From Halorutilales archaeon Cl-col2-1 (GTDB lineage Archaea; Halobacteriota; Halobacteria; Halobacteriales; Afararchaeaceae), in contig CP169074.1 in NCBI GenBank assembly GCA_041891055.1, positions 1,871,031 through 1,935,030 of the forward strand: DNA of 64,000 bases. Direction: 5' to 3'. Below, piece by piece: positions 1 through 10,230 of this stretch. The notes under the pieces were generated by a model. It made no database searches. It worked only from the letters and a program-made list of their open reading frames with translations, and was not told where the DNA came from. A program made the translations under genes and the position numbers. Each line of letters opens with the position of its first letter. Positions within the stretch are counted from its first letter, which is position 1.

Positions 1-790
1 GTATTGCGTTGGCTATCTCGTCGTCGGAGACCGTCACGACCTCGTCGACGTTCTCCTGTATCACCTCGAAGGTCGACTCCGCAATCGACCTCGTGGCTAT
101 CCCGTCGGCTATAGTTGAGACGCCCTCCCTCTCATATATCTCTCCCTTCTCTAAGCTCTGTCGGACGCTCGCCGCTCCCTCCGCCTGAACACCTATCACG
201 CGCGTGTCGGGGCTCCTCGCCTTTACTGCGGTCGAGATTCCCGAGATCAGACCTCCGCCTCCTATCGAGACTATCACCGTATCGGCATCGGGGAGGTCGT
301 CGAGTATCTCTAGTCCTATAGTGCCCTGACCTGCCTGTATATACGTGTCGTCGAAGGGATGGACGAATGTTCCGCCGTCGTTCCTCTGTATCTCCCTCGC
401 CTTCTCGTACGCCTCGGAGTAATCGACCCCAGAGAGGACGACTGTCGCGCCGTACTCACGCGTCGCCTGTACCTTTGAGATAGGAGCGTCCTCGGGCATC
501 ACTATGGTCGACTCTATCCCCGCCTCTGTTGCGGCGAGAGCGACGCCCTGTGCGTGGTTTCCTGCGCTCGCGGCTATGACCCCCTTAGCGCGTTCTTCTT
601 CGCTGAGGTTCTGTATCCTGTTGTAGGCGCCGCGTATCTTGAACGCACCCGTCCTCTGGCGGTTCTCGTACTTAAAGTACACTTCGGAGTCGGTGATGTC
701 GCTGAAGGTTCGAGATGAGTTGAGAGGAGTGTGGCGCGCGACCCCTTCGAGCTCTTCGCGCGCATCTTCTATGTCGTCTATGTCTATCAT
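1..790 (-). CDS. ilvA: threonine/serine ammonia-lyase (PLP-dependent), 3' part outside the window
   Basis: Manual translation from ATG at 790: MIDIDDIEDAREELEGVARHTPL...KYENRQRTGAFKIRGAYN (PLP lysine motif), SAGNHAQG, SIGGGGLISG. Not in the ORF track because it runs off the window edge. Confidence 0.9.
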   Translation of the reverse strand, partial: MIDIDDIEDAREELEGVARHTPLNSSRTFSDITDSEVYFKYENRQRTGAFKIRGAYNRIQNLSEEERAKGVIAASAGNHAQGVALAATEAGIESTIVMPEDAPISKVQATREYGATVVLSGVDYSEAYEKAREIQRNDGGTFVHPFDDTYIQAGQGTIGLEILDDLPDADTVIVSIGGGGLISGISTAVKARSPDTRVIGVQAEGAASVRQSLEKGEIYEREGVSTIADGIATRSIAESTFEVIQENVDEVVTVSDDEIANAI

Positions 791-874
791 ACTTACTTGA
801 GGCTCTGTAAGGCTTTTATTGGTGACGGTTGGGCTTCCGATACAGTAAAGTCGTCGTTTCGTGTTTCTTTAAAC

Positions 875-1777
875 ATGACAGTAGACTCTGTCTCCGGATG
901 TGACGGTATCTATATAGTCGACTTCAAGATGCTCGGACACGATGACCACGGCGCAGTCTATATCGTCGACGACGAAGAGACTGCTATAGTTGACACCGGA
1001 ATGTCGCCCGGGGTCGACCATATCTACGACGCACTCGATGAAGTCGAAATCGAGAAGAACAACGTAGACTACATCATACCGACACACGTCCATCTCGACC
1101 ACGGTGGCGGCACGGGATTCTTAGCCGACGAGTGTGAGAACGCCGAGGTCGTCGCCCACGAGAACGCAGTACCCTACCTCTCCGACTCCGACAAGATAGA
1201 AAAGCTCGTCACGAGTGTCAAACGTGCCGTCGGAGATATGGCTGACGGCTACGGTACCGCGAAGCCAGTCGACAGGGACAGGATAAGAGCCGTCGACGAC
1301 GGTGACGTGGTCGATCTCGGCGGACGCCAACTCGAAGTCCTACATGCTCCGGGACACGCGCCCCACCAGATCTGTCTCTTCGACACCCACGACGAAGCGA
1401 TCTTCACCGCCGACGAGGCGGGTATGAACATAGCCGGCGAGCTTAAGCCTACGACTCCACCCCCTAACTTCGACCTCGAAAAGAACCTCGACAGCTTAGA
1501 GCGGTTCAAGGATCTAGATCCCGAGGTTCTCCTCTACGGACATTACGGCGCGAGACACGACGCAGTCGAGTCTTTAGAAGAGTACTCTGAGATTCTGAGG
1601 GACTGGGTCGACGAGGTCGAGGAAGTACGCGAGAACTACGAGACCGACGACGAGGTCGTCGACCATTTCGTCGAGTCCGACCATCTCTACTACGACGTCT
1701 GGGACGAGGAGTCGGCGTCTGAGACGATAAGGATGGACGTCGAGGGGGTTCTTCTCTACCTAGACAGGCAGGACTGA
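875..1777 (+). CDS. MBL-fold metallo-hydrolase
   Basis: THVHLDHGGG motif, HAPGHAPHQ, LLYGHYG. Start moved to ATG 875 because the longer ORF overlaps ilvA. Confidence 0.85.
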   Translation: MTVDSVSGCDGIYIVDFKMLGHDDHGAVYIVDDEETAIVDTGMSPGVDHIYDALDEVEIEKNNVDYIIPTHVHLDHGGGTGFLADECENAEVVAHENAVPYLSDSDKIEKLVTSVKRAVGDMADGYGTAKPVDRDRIRAVDDGDVVDLGGRQLEVLHAPGHAPHQICLFDTHDEAIFTADEAGMNIAGELKPTTPPPNFDLEKNLDSLERFKDLDPEVLLYGHYGARHDAVESLEEYSEILRDWVDEVEEVRENYETDDEVVDHFVESDHLYYDVWDEESASETIRMDVEGVLLYLDRQD

Positions 1778-1798
1778 ACGGCGACAGGGATCGCAGCC

Positions 1799-2809
1799 TC
1801 AGATTCTCTGCTGTAGCTCGGGGTCTACGTTCCCGTTTCCGAACTCGTACTCGTCGTCTGTCTCCGACTCCTCCTTCGCTCTCTCGACGTACGGCTCGAA
1901 TACCTTCTTGAAGCTGACTTCGAGGAACATTCTCTCGTCGGTGGGTCGCAGGACGTTGCCCGTCTCTGTCTCCTTGTGGACGACGTACTTGTGTACGTTG
2001 ACCCTACCGGCGTGGCGGAGATCGTCCTTCTCGGAGGTAATCTCGAAGAGCATCCTCCCGTCTCCGTTGTACTTCATCTTGACGTCGACGTGTCCCGTGT
2101 AGATACGGATGGGAGTTGGAGGACGGTAACGTGAGAAGTACATCTCCTCACCGCGTTTGGCTCCGACCTCGCGGAAGCCGAGACCCGCGAGTGCCGAGTT
2201 ACACAGTCTCTCGAAGTAGTCGGCTTCGGGGTTACCCGCACCCGCGGCGGAGGTCGCTGCCTCCGTTGGCGTCTCCGGGGCTGAGTCGGAAGCTGAGTCC
2301 GTGACTGAGACCGTCTCGGCAGCTCCGGAGTCTGTCTTCATGTCCATATCCGGGCTTGGTTCTGTCTGTGCCCCGCCCGATTCCTCCGTCTCGGAGCCGA
2401 AGCTGAAGTCGGGGTCATCTTCCTGACCCGTGTCGTCGTACTCCTGCTTTATCTCATCGAAGCTCTTGCCGGGCTGTGTAGCCTCCTCTATATCCTTATC
2501 CGGCTTAGAGACCGAGGATGTGGAAGAAGTAGCCTCGCTCTCCATATCCGGCTCCGTGTCGTCTGACTCGTCGAAATCAAAGCTATCGTCCGCGTCTTCC
2601 ATACCCATTTCGTCCGACTCGTCGAATCCGAAGTCGTCGGATCCTGAGTCGTCGAACTCCATCTCGTCCGAGTCGCCCGTCTCCATCTCCTCGGAGGCTT
2701 CATCGTCGGAACTCGGAGTCTCGTCGGGATCCTCGGACTCCCAGTCGTCCTCCCATTCACCCCCGTTCTCCTCGTACTCCTCCTTTAGCTCCTTGAAGCT
2801 CTTGTCCAT
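1799..2809 (-). CDS. hypothetical protein with acidic low-complexity N-terminus and globular C-terminal domain
   Basis: 336-aa ORF with host codon usage; repeated KSFxE[LI]KxEY motif. Confidence 0.7.
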   Translation of the reverse strand: MDKSFKELKEEYEENGGEWEDDWESEDPDETPSSDDEASEEMETGDSDEMEFDDSGSDDFGFDESDEMGMEDADDSFDFDESDDTEPDMESEATSSTSSVSKPDKDIEEATQPGKSFDEIKQEYDDTGQEDDPDFSFGSETEESGGAQTEPSPDMDMKTDSGAAETVSVTDSASDSAPETPTEAATSAAGAGNPEADYFERLCNSALAGLGFREVGAKRGEEMYFSRYRPPTPIRIYTGHVDVKMKYNGDGRMLFEITSEKDDLRHAGRVNVHKYVVHKETETGNVLRPTDERMFLEVSFKKVFEPYVERAKEESETDDEYEFGNGNVDPELQQRI

Positions 2810-2859
2810 CTTGTCTCGGTCTCTCTACGGCTCTTCCTAAATTAACTTTTGGGGCTACG

Positions 2860-3630
2860 TTAACCCGTGGCGTTGTAGACGACGTCGACGTTCGCGGTTA
2901 CGGTCACGGGACCCGACTCTAACGTAGTGCTCGCACCTCCTGCGTCGCCGCCCGACTGAAGCATCATGCTTTCTCTAGGAATGAATCTAGACTCCGACGT
3001 TCTCACCGAATGCACGCCTGTAATGGAGATCTCGCCTGCGTCTGCTAACGTCTCAGCCTGGGACTGCGCGTTCTCCATAGCCTCTGTCAGAGCCTCGTTT
3101 CTGACAGTTCTCCTCGTTGAGTCCGATAACGTGTACCTCGCTCCGTCGATGTCGGTCGCGCCGTTGTCGACGGCTGTGTCTATGACCTCGCCGACTGCGT
3201 CGAGGTCGGACATCTCTATCTCGAAGCCGTGTCTAGCGTAGTACTCCGTCTCGGGCTCGTCAGTCTTCTCCCGAGGTGGGACTACGCGCGGTGTTCTCTC
3301 GTCTATCCGGTAGTCAGTCGTACGTATCTGGTCGTCTTCTATTCCTATCTCCCTCAGAGCCTCCCTCATACTCGTGACGTTCTCGGCGAGTCTGTCACGC
3401 GCGGTCTGTGAGTCGTCCGCCCTGGCGACAGATGAGACTCTAAGTACCGCCTTGTCGGGCTGCGCGTCTACCTCACCCGTTGCCGAGACTGAGACTGTCT
3501 TACCCGAACTAGGCTGTGTCTGTGCCGACGCTTTAGTCGAACTCTGGTTCACCACGAGTGCCCCCGAGACGAGGAGAGCACTCACCAACACGACCCCTGC
3601 TAAGTATCTGTAGCTTCGTGACTGTGACAT
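2860..3630 (-). CDS. SIMPL (DUF541) domain secreted protein
   Basis: Signal peptide, VSVSATGEVDAQPDKA, GIEDDQIRT, A(V)DNGATDI and a C-terminal VTVTANVDVVY, all typical of SIMPL. Confidence 0.85.
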   Translation of the reverse strand: MSQSRSYRYLAGVVLVSALLVSGALVVNQSSTKASAQTQPSSGKTVSVSATGEVDAQPDKAVLRVSSVARADDSQTARDRLAENVTSMREALREIGIEDDQIRTTDYRIDERTPRVVPPREKTDEPETEYYARHGFEIEMSDLDAVGEVIDTAVDNGATDIDGARYTLSDSTRRTVRNEALTEAMENAQSQAETLADAGEISITGVHSVRTSESRFIPRESMMLQSGGDAGGASTTLESGPVTVTANVDVVYNATG

Positions 3631-3699
3631 ACAGATCTACATCACGCCACGAACCTATATACCTGACCTAGGCTAAAACAGACGTTTGACTCTTATACT

Positions 3700-5148
3700 C
3701 TACTCAGCTTCGGCGATACTGTCGAGCTTCTCTCTCAGAGTCTCGTTGACTGTCCCGGGGTCGGCGCTTCCCCCCGTCTTCTGCATCACCTGTCCGACGA
3801 GGAAGTTGAGGGCGTCGTCCTCGCCCGAGACGTAGTCATCGACTGCGTCGGGGTTGTCGTCTATCGCCTCCTCGACCGCCTCGACAGTGACGTCCTCGCC
3901 CGCCTTCTTCATATCCCTCTCCTCGACTATCTCGACGGGATCACGTCCCTCGTCGAGTGCGTCACGCAGAGCCTCGACGGCGTTTCTGTCGGTGATCTCG
4001 TCCTCGTCGACCATCTCGACGAGTCCCACGAACTCCGAGACGTCGACCTCGTCTACTGTCATGTCCCTGTAGTTGAGCTCACCCAGGAGTTCGTCGGCGA
4101 CCCAGGTCGAGGCGACGTCGTAGCTGACCTCCTCGGCGACAGTCTCGTAGAAGTCGGCGACCGCCTTCTTCGAGGTGAGCTTCTCGGCGACCTCGTCGGA
4201 GACGTCGTACTCGTCTATGAATCTCTCACGGCGGGCGTCGGGAAGCTCAGGTATGCCGATCTCGCCCTTGAACTCCTCGACGCGCACGACTGGAATGTCA
4301 GCCTCCTCGAAGTAACGGTAGTCGTGTTCCTCCGCCTTCTCCCTCAGAGTAACCGTGATTCCTCTGTCGTCGTCGTAATGGCGTGTCTCCTGTCTGATCT
4401 CCGCGCCCCTCTTTATCTGGTTCTTCTGACGCGTGATCTCGTATGCGAGAGCCTTCTCGACCCCTTTCGTCGATCCTATGTTCTTTATCTCAGTCCTGTT
4501 CCCGCCCTCGCCGTCGACCTCGATCGAGACGTTGGCGTCGACCCTTATCGTACCTCCCTCTTCAGTGTCGAAGACGTCGAGGTACTCCAGTATCTCACGT
4601 AGCTTGTCGACGAAGCCTCTCGCCTCCTCGGGGGTTTCGAGGTCGGGCTCAGTGACTATCTCCATAAGGGGAGTACCCGACCTGTTGTAGTCGACGAGTG
4701 TGTGGCTCGCCGACTCTATCGAGCCTCCCTTGTGGACGAGAGAGCCGGGGTCTTCCTCCATGTGGGCGCGGCGTATACGTACCTCCTTCTCGTCGTCTCC
4801 GACCCTCAGATCGACAGAGCCGTCCTGGTTTATCGGAGCGTCGTACTGTGTGATCTGGAAGTTCTTCGGGAGGTCGGGGTAGAAGTAGTTCTTCCTGTGG
4901 AAACGCGTCTCGTCGGCTATCTCGCAGTCGAGTGCCTTTCCGACCATGACGGCGTACTCGACAGCCTTCTGGTTGACGACGGGAAGTGATCCGGGGAGTC
5001 CGAGACAGACGGGACACGTATGTGTGTTCGGCTCGGCGTTCTCGTAGTCGGTCGAACAGCCGCAGAACATCTTCGTCTGGGTGTCGAGCTGAACGTGAAT
5101 TTCGAGTCCTATCGTGACGTCGAGACTCTCCCCGGGTTTAGCGCTCAT
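3700..5148 (-). CDS. gatB: Asp/Glu-tRNA amidotransferase subunit B
   Basis: IGLEIHVQL, CPVCLGLPGSLP, FHRKNYFYPDLPKNFQITQY, DYNRSGTPLMEIVTEPD. Confidence 0.97.
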   Translation of the reverse strand: MSAKPGESLDVTIGLEIHVQLDTQTKMFCGCSTDYENAEPNTHTCPVCLGLPGSLPVVNQKAVEYAVMVGKALDCEIADETRFHRKNYFYPDLPKNFQITQYDAPINQDGSVDLRVGDDEKEVRIRRAHMEEDPGSLVHKGGSIESASHTLVDYNRSGTPLMEIVTEPDLETPEEARGFVDKLREILEYLDVFDTEEGGTIRVDANVSIEVDGEGGNRTEIKNIGSTKGVEKALAYEITRQKNQIKRGAEIRQETRHYDDDRGITVTLREKAEEHDYRYFEEADIPVVRVEEFKGEIGIPELPDARRERFIDEYDVSDEVAEKLTSKKAVADFYETVAEEVSYDVASTWVADELLGELNYRDMTVDEVDVSEFVGLVEMVDEDEITDRNAVEALRDALDEGRDPVEIVEERDMKKAGEDVTVEAVEEAIDDNPDAVDDYVSGEDDALNFLVGQVMQKTGGSADPGTVNETLREKLDSIAEAE

Positions 5149-5217
5149 CGGGTCAAGATTGACCAGATACGTATAAAAGACTGTTGCTACTCCTACTCTC
5201 GTCGAGTGACGTGGCTT

Positions 5218-6819
5218 CTAATCTTCATCCTCGCCAGTGCCGACCTCCGTGACCGTTCCCACACCCTTGCTCTTGCCCTCACGGAAGACGAACCTCTGCC
5301 CCTCTTTCACCATGTAGGGTCGGAACTTGAACCTCAGCTTAGCCTTTCCTTCTTGACCCGGGAGGAGATGTCCGCCCTCGGGCTCGAAGACGGCGGCTTC
5401 GGAGACTGTTTCGAGATGTACGACGGGCTCGTATCCCTCCCTTATACGTGTGGGATGGTTGAGTACCATGACCTCCGCCTCGAACTCACGTACGCTCTCG
5501 GCGTCGGGGTCGGAGGTCAGAGCCATTCCGCGGCTTATCTCGACCTCGTCGACCTCCTTGCCCTTGAGAGCCACGCCGACTATGTTTCCGGGCTTTGCCT
5601 TCTCGACCCTGTGGTAATGCATCTCTATGCTCCTGACCTCTGCGCGCCGGAAGTCGCCGTCCGACGTCGGACCCAGGTAGACCTCGTCGCCGACCTCGAC
5701 CTCGCCCTGCTTGACGGTACCGCTCGCCACGGTTCCGACCCCCGTGACCTCGTAAGTTCTGTCTATGTACATCTCGAACTTCTCGTCGCTCTCGATCTCG
5801 CCGTGTGTCTTCGGAAGCTCCCTGAATATCTCATCGAGAGTGTCGAGACCTTCCATGCTCACCGCACTCGTTCTCACTATCGGGACTATCACACCGCGTG
5901 GCAGACGGTCTACGGCGGTCTCAACACCCCTGTCCTCGACGCTGTGAGGTATCTTTCCGACGTTCTTGAGGAGTTCGGCGACTTCGTCCTCGACCTCTTC
6001 GATCCTGTCGTCTGAGACGAGATCTGACTTCGTGACTGCGACTATTGTCGGAAGGTCGGCGGCGAGAAGAATCCCGAGGTGCTCGCGCGTTATATGTGTG
6101 GGACCGTCGTCTGCGGCGACTGTGACGAGTCCGTAGTCGAGCTTCTGACCCATTATTCCTCTTATAGTCGTCTTGAGCCACGGCTCGTGTCCGACGGTGT
6201 CGACGAAGCTCACGAGCTTCTCGGAGTTCTCGACGACGCTAGACCTCTCGCGTTTCGAGAGCGGGTTGTTCATCCTCACCGGCTCCTCTGACCCCGACTC
6301 GAAGCCGTAGACTCCGTAGCTCAGATCCGCCGAGAGACCCCTGTCCATCTCGTGAGGCTGGACGTCGAGGTAGACACGTGTGCTCCCGTCTCCGTCGTCG
6401 GGTGTTCCCGTCACTAAGCTCCCGACGAGTGTCGACTTGCCGTGGTCGACGTGTCCCGCGGTTCCGACGACTAAGTGGTCTTTGTCCTCGTATGCGTTCG
6501 TGATACTAACGACGGCGACCTCCCCGGTTCCGACGTCGTGAGTCTCGACTTCACGTAGGGCGGCGTCTGCCTCTCCGGCTATCACAGACAGAACACTTAT
6601 GCTCTCGTCGAGCTCTTCGTCGCTGATTCCTTCGAGACCTCCGTCGTCGGTCACACCCACGACGTAAGTAGCCGATCCTCCCCCCGTGAGGATACGGTGT
6701 TTCATCTGTGCAGCAAGAGATTCGAGACGCCCGGATTCGAGGTGAGTCTGTCTTTCGAGCCTTTCCTTGAACTCTATGTTCTCACGCTCGCCGTCCTCGA
6801 CGAGCCGGGCTAACTCCAT
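5218..6819 (-). CDS. GTPBP1-like translational GTPase with N-terminal AlbA_2-like domain
   Basis: GHVDHGKST, DTVGHE, TKSD, EF-Tu-like domains II/III; N-terminal ENIEFKE motif. Confidence 0.85.
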   Translation of the reverse strand: MELARLVEDGERENIEFKERLERQTHLESGRLESLAAQMKHRILTGGGSATYVVGVTDDGGLEGISDEELDESISVLSVIAGEADAALREVETHDVGTGEVAVVSITNAYEDKDHLVVGTAGHVDHGKSTLVGSLVTGTPDDGDGSTRVYLDVQPHEMDRGLSADLSYGVYGFESGSEEPVRMNNPLSKRERSSVVENSEKLVSFVDTVGHEPWLKTTIRGIMGQKLDYGLVTVAADDGPTHITREHLGILLAADLPTIVAVTKSDLVSDDRIEEVEDEVAELLKNVGKIPHSVEDRGVETAVDRLPRGVIVPIVRTSAVSMEGLDTLDEIFRELPKTHGEIESDEKFEMYIDRTYEVTGVGTVASGTVKQGEVEVGDEVYLGPTSDGDFRRAEVRSIEMHYHRVEKAKPGNIVGVALKGKEVDEVEISRGMALTSDPDAESVREFEAEVMVLNHPTRIREGYEPVVHLETVSEAAVFEPEGGHLLPGQEGKAKLRFKFRPYMVKEGQRFVFREGKSKGVGTVTEVGTGEDED

Positions 6820-6857
6820 ACACTACGTTTGTGTGGTGGTAACAAAAGTCTTCCCCC

Positions 6858-7253
6858 CTAACCGACCTCGTAACTCCTTATCGTGCTGTTCGACCCGTCG
6901 TACTCGCCGACTACTGTGACTGTGGTTCCCGAGTCTGGGTTTAGGTTTATCGTATCGCCGATGTCGCTACTCCCGACCGGAGCCCACGTACTGTCTATTT
7001 TCGATTTGTCACTTCCAGTATACCTCACGTATATCCTGTCCGCCCTCGGTGCCGTGATAAGTGTGATATTCACGCTGCCTCCTCTCTCCTCTATCGCTAC
7101 ACCCGCCTGAGCGTTCTGGTTGACCTCACCTCCTAGGTTCATAAACGTAACCCCGGCTACCGCGGCTATTATCACCGTGATAGCTACCATGAGTACCACG
7201 CCTATGACGGGTGAGACACCTCTGTCTTGCTTCAGTCTGCGCCTCCGTATCAT
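6858..7253 (-). CDS. archaeal type IV pilin (class III signal peptide)
   Basis: DRG/VSPVIGVVLMVAITVIIAAV prepilin motif. Confidence 0.88.
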   Translation of the reverse strand: MIRRRRLKQDRGVSPVIGVVLMVAITVIIAAVAGVTFMNLGGEVNQNAQAGVAIEERGGSVNITLITAPRADRIYVRYTGSDKSKIDSTWAPVGSSDIGDTINLNPDSGTTVTVVGEYDGSNSTIRSYEVG

Positions 7254-7354
7254 TCCCCAAACTTACACAGTAATTATGTATAAATCTGTCTCACTCACAG
7301 ACGCACCGAGACACTTCGGCATATTTATGGGTTCAGCACCTCCTCTCAGAACTA

Positions 7355-8500
7355 ATGAGGCTACACGAATATCAGGCTAAGGAGATCTTCGCCGACGCGG
7401 GGATTCCGACGCCCGAAGGCGTCGTCGTCTCGACGCCCGAGGACGCGCGAGAAGCCGCCGACGAGATAGGAGGAACCGTCGCGGTCAAGGCACAGGTTCA
7501 CGTAGGAGGACGTGGAAAGGCAGGCGGAATAAAGATAGCTTCGTCGCCCGACGAGGCTGAGGAAGCCGCCGACGAGATACTCGGGATGGATCTCAAGGGT
7601 CACACCGTCGAGGAGGTTCTCATCGAGGAAGGAGTCGACATCGAAGAGGAGTTCTACGTCGGGATCACGATGGATCGCGGAGAGGGTCAGGGTGTCGCTA
7701 TGGTCTCGTCGAAGGGCGGTGTCAACATAGAGGAGGTCGCCGAGGAGGAGCCCGAGGCGATAGCACAGAACCACATCGATCCTGCCTACGGATTACAGGG
7801 ATTCGAGGCTCGTGAGTGCGTCTACAACACCGACATACCCGACGAGGCGACGAGAGGCGTCTCGGCTGTACTCTCGACACTCTACGAGATATGGGACGAG
7901 AACGACGCAGAGGACGCCGAGATAAACCCCCTGATGCTCACGGGAGACGGCGACCTGATCGCAGCCGACGCAGTTCTCAACATAGACGGATCGTCTCTCT
8001 ACAGACACGAGGATCTCGCCGAACTCGAAGAGGAGTCCTTCGACGACGAGTTCGAGGCTAAGGCGAGCGAAGAGGGATTCGACTACGTCCGTCTCGACGG
8101 AAACGTCGGAATAATAGGAAACGGAGCGGGTCTCGTGATGACGACGCTCGACCTCGTAGACCACTTCGGAGGCAAGCCCGCCAACTTCCTCGACATAGGA
8201 GGGGGAGCGCGCGCGGATCGCGTCCAGTCGGCACTCGAACTCGTCTTCGACGACGAGAACGTCGACGCAGTCCTCTTCAACATCTTCGGAGGAATCACGA
8301 GATGTGACGAGGTCGCACAGGGAATAAACGAGGCTCTCGAAAGCTTCGACGAGCTTCCGAAGCCACTCGTCGTACGTCTCACGGGTACAAACGAGACCGA
8401 GGGAAGAGAGATCCTCACCGAGAGGGTCGAGACACGTGAGGAGCTTGAGGACGCCGTAAAGACAGCAGTTGAACTCGCCGAAACAGGAGGTGACCAGTAA
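7355..8500 (+). CDS. sucC: succinyl-CoA synthetase beta subunit
   Basis: [41 protein letters not shown]. Confidence 0.97.
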   Translation: MRLHEYQAKEIFADAGIPTPEGVVVSTPEDAREAADEIGGTVAVKAQVHVGGRGKAGGIKIASSPDEAEEAADEILGMDLKGHTVEEVLIEEGVDIEEEFYVGITMDRGEGQGVAMVSSKGGVNIEEVAEEEPEAIAQNHIDPAYGLQGFEARECVYNTDIPDEATRGVSAVLSTLYEIWDENDAEDAEINPLMLTGDGDLIAADAVLNIDGSSLYRHEDLAELEEESFDDEFEAKASEEGFDYVRLDGNVGIIGNGAGLVMTTLDLVDHFGGKPANFLDIGGGARADRVQSALELVFDDENVDAVLFNIFGGITRCDEVAQGINEALESFDELPKPLVVRLTGTNETEGREILTERVETREELEDAVKTAVELAETGGDQ

Positions 8501-9366
8501 TGAGCGCACTAGTCGATGAAGACACGCGTGTGATAGTACAGGGAATAACCGGAAGCGAAGGTAAGTTCCACGCCGAACAGATGATGGAGTACGGCACCAA
8601 CGTAGTCGCTGGTGTCACTCCCGGAAAGGGCGGACAGGAGGAGCTCGGGGTTCCCGTCTACGACACGGTCAAGGAAGCCGCCGAGGAGGAAAACGCCAAC
8701 ACCTCGATAATCTTCGTTCCTCCCGCCTTCGCCGGAGACGCTGTGATGGAGAGTCTCGACGCTGACCTCGACCTCTCGATAGCGATAACCGAGGGGATAC
8801 CCGTCCACGACATGGTACGTGTCAACCGCCGTCTCCAGGAGGTTGACACACATCTCGTCGGACCCAACTGCCCCGGAGTCATAACCCCTGGTGAGTCGAA
8901 GGTCGGAATAATGCCCGGCAACATATTCGAGAGCGGCAAGGTGGGACTCGTCTCGCGCTCGGGTACTCTGACCTACCAGATAGTCGACTCCCTCACGAGG
9001 AGAGGAATAGGACAGAGTACCGCTATAGGAATAGGCGGAGATCCTATAATAGGGACGTCTTTCACCGACGCTCTCCAGCATTTCGAGAACGACGACGAGA
9101 CAGAGGCTGTCGCTCTCGTGGGTGAGATAGGAGGCTCCGACGAGGAGGAAGCCGCCGAGTGGGTTGACGAGAACATGTCGAAGCCAGTCGTCGGATTCAT
9201 AGCAGGCAGGACAGCGCCTCCCGGCAAGCAGATGGGACACGCCGGAGCCATAGTCAGCGGAAGCTCCGGAACTGCTGAGTCGAAGATCGCTGCGTTCGAG
9301 GAAGCAGGCATAGAGGTCGCCGACACTCCCGACGAGGTCGCTGACTCGATAGAAGAGATACTCTAA
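8500..9366 (+). CDS. sucD: succinyl-CoA synthetase alpha subunit
   Basis: [26 protein letters not shown]; coupled to sucC. Confidence 0.97.
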   Translation: MSALVDEDTRVIVQGITGSEGKFHAEQMMEYGTNVVAGVTPGKGGQEELGVPVYDTVKEAAEEENANTSIIFVPPAFAGDAVMESLDADLDLSIAITEGIPVHDMVRVNRRLQEVDTHLVGPNCPGVITPGESKVGIMPGNIFESGKVGLVSRSGTLTYQIVDSLTRRGIGQSTAIGIGGDPIIGTSFTDALQHFENDDETEAVALVGEIGGSDEEEAAEWVDENMSKPVVGFIAGRTAPPGKQMGHAGAIVSGSSGTAESKIAAFEEAGIEVADTPDEVADSIEEIL

Positions 9367-9390
9367 ACACAGAGTACACAGACTCGACTC

Positions 9391-9407
9391 ACCACCTTTT
9401 TGGTGGT
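9391..9407 (+). terminator. hairpin with T-run downstream of sucD
   Basis: ACCACC-TTTTT-GGTGGT just after the sucD stop. Confidence 0.35.
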
Positions 9408-9427
9408 TGAGACTGGTATCCTAAGTA

Positions 9428-10165
9428 ATGCCGTTGGGAGACGCCCCCCAGACTTCCTACGACGACTCGGGTCTCCGTCTCAAGGTCGATCTTCACGTCC
9501 ACTCCGACGCGTCACACGACGGACGCTCGTCTGTCGAGTCGATACTCGAACGCGCGAGTGAGATCGGACTAGACGCCGTAGCTATTACTGACCACGACAG
9601 TATCTCCGAGTCTCTCCGTGCTCACGAGATAGCCTCGGAGTACGACATCATAAGTATACCCGGTGTCGAGATATCGACCTCTGACGGACATCTCCTCGCT
9701 CTCGGTATCGAGGATCTCCCCGAAATAGGGATGCCTATAGATGAGACGGTAGAGAGGGTACGTGACCTCGGAGGTCTCGCTGTCGTTCCTCATCCCTTCC
9801 AGAGGACTAGACACGGAGCGGGAAAGGTCGACGACTGCGACGCGATGGAGGTCTACAACTCACGTCTTCTCACCGGAAGGTCGAACAGGAAGGCGAGGAA
9901 GTACGCCGAGGCTAACGGCTTCACCCAGGTCGGCGGGAGTGACGCACACACCGTGAGCATGGTCGGGCGAACCTACACCGAGATACTCACTACGATAGAC
10001 TCTAAGATAGAGACGAGCGAAAACGTCGTCGACTCACTCAGACAGGGTGTCACGAGCATCCACGGAAAGAGGACACCGATACATCTGAGCGCGAGACAGA
10101 TAGCCAAGGGTGGGAGTAAGAAGGCGGCGAAGTCGCTAAAGTCGGCTGTCTCGGGTCTTCTCTAA
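9428..10165 (+). CDS. PHP-domain metal-dependent phosphoesterase
   Basis: DLHVHS, AITDHD, GVEIS, HPF, GGSDAH. Confidence 0.9.
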   Translation: MPLGDAPQTSYDDSGLRLKVDLHVHSDASHDGRSSVESILERASEIGLDAVAITDHDSISESLRAHEIASEYDIISIPGVEISTSDGHLLALGIEDLPEIGMPIDETVERVRDLGGLAVVPHPFQRTRHGAGKVDDCDAMEVYNSRLLTGRSNRKARKYAEANGFTQVGGSDAHTVSMVGRTYTEILTTIDSKIETSENVVDSLRQGVTSIHGKRTPIHLSARQIAKGGSKKAAKSLKSAVSGLL

Positions 10166-10230
10166 GGAAAGGAAAGACAGCGAGAGTTCGATGACTCGCT
10201 GTACCCGTGCCCGTACGTGGGCATGGCTTC

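Noticed and set aside
5020-6015. Long antisense and alternative-frame ORFs (e.g. 5020-6015, 7793-8509, 16309-17295, 19374-20365, 27059-28136)
   Set aside because: They shadow well-supported genes. The GAC/GAG/GTC codon bias of acidic proteomes leaves few stops in other frames, and the translations are Ser/Arg-rich with no motifs.
10177-10226. Two hairpins between the PHP gene and ftsY (ACAGCGAG...CTCGCTGT; TGCCC...GGGCA) as another double-hairpin element
   Set aside because: Loops are longer, there are no CGTC/GAACG flanks and no clear target duplication. More likely a terminator region between convergent genes.
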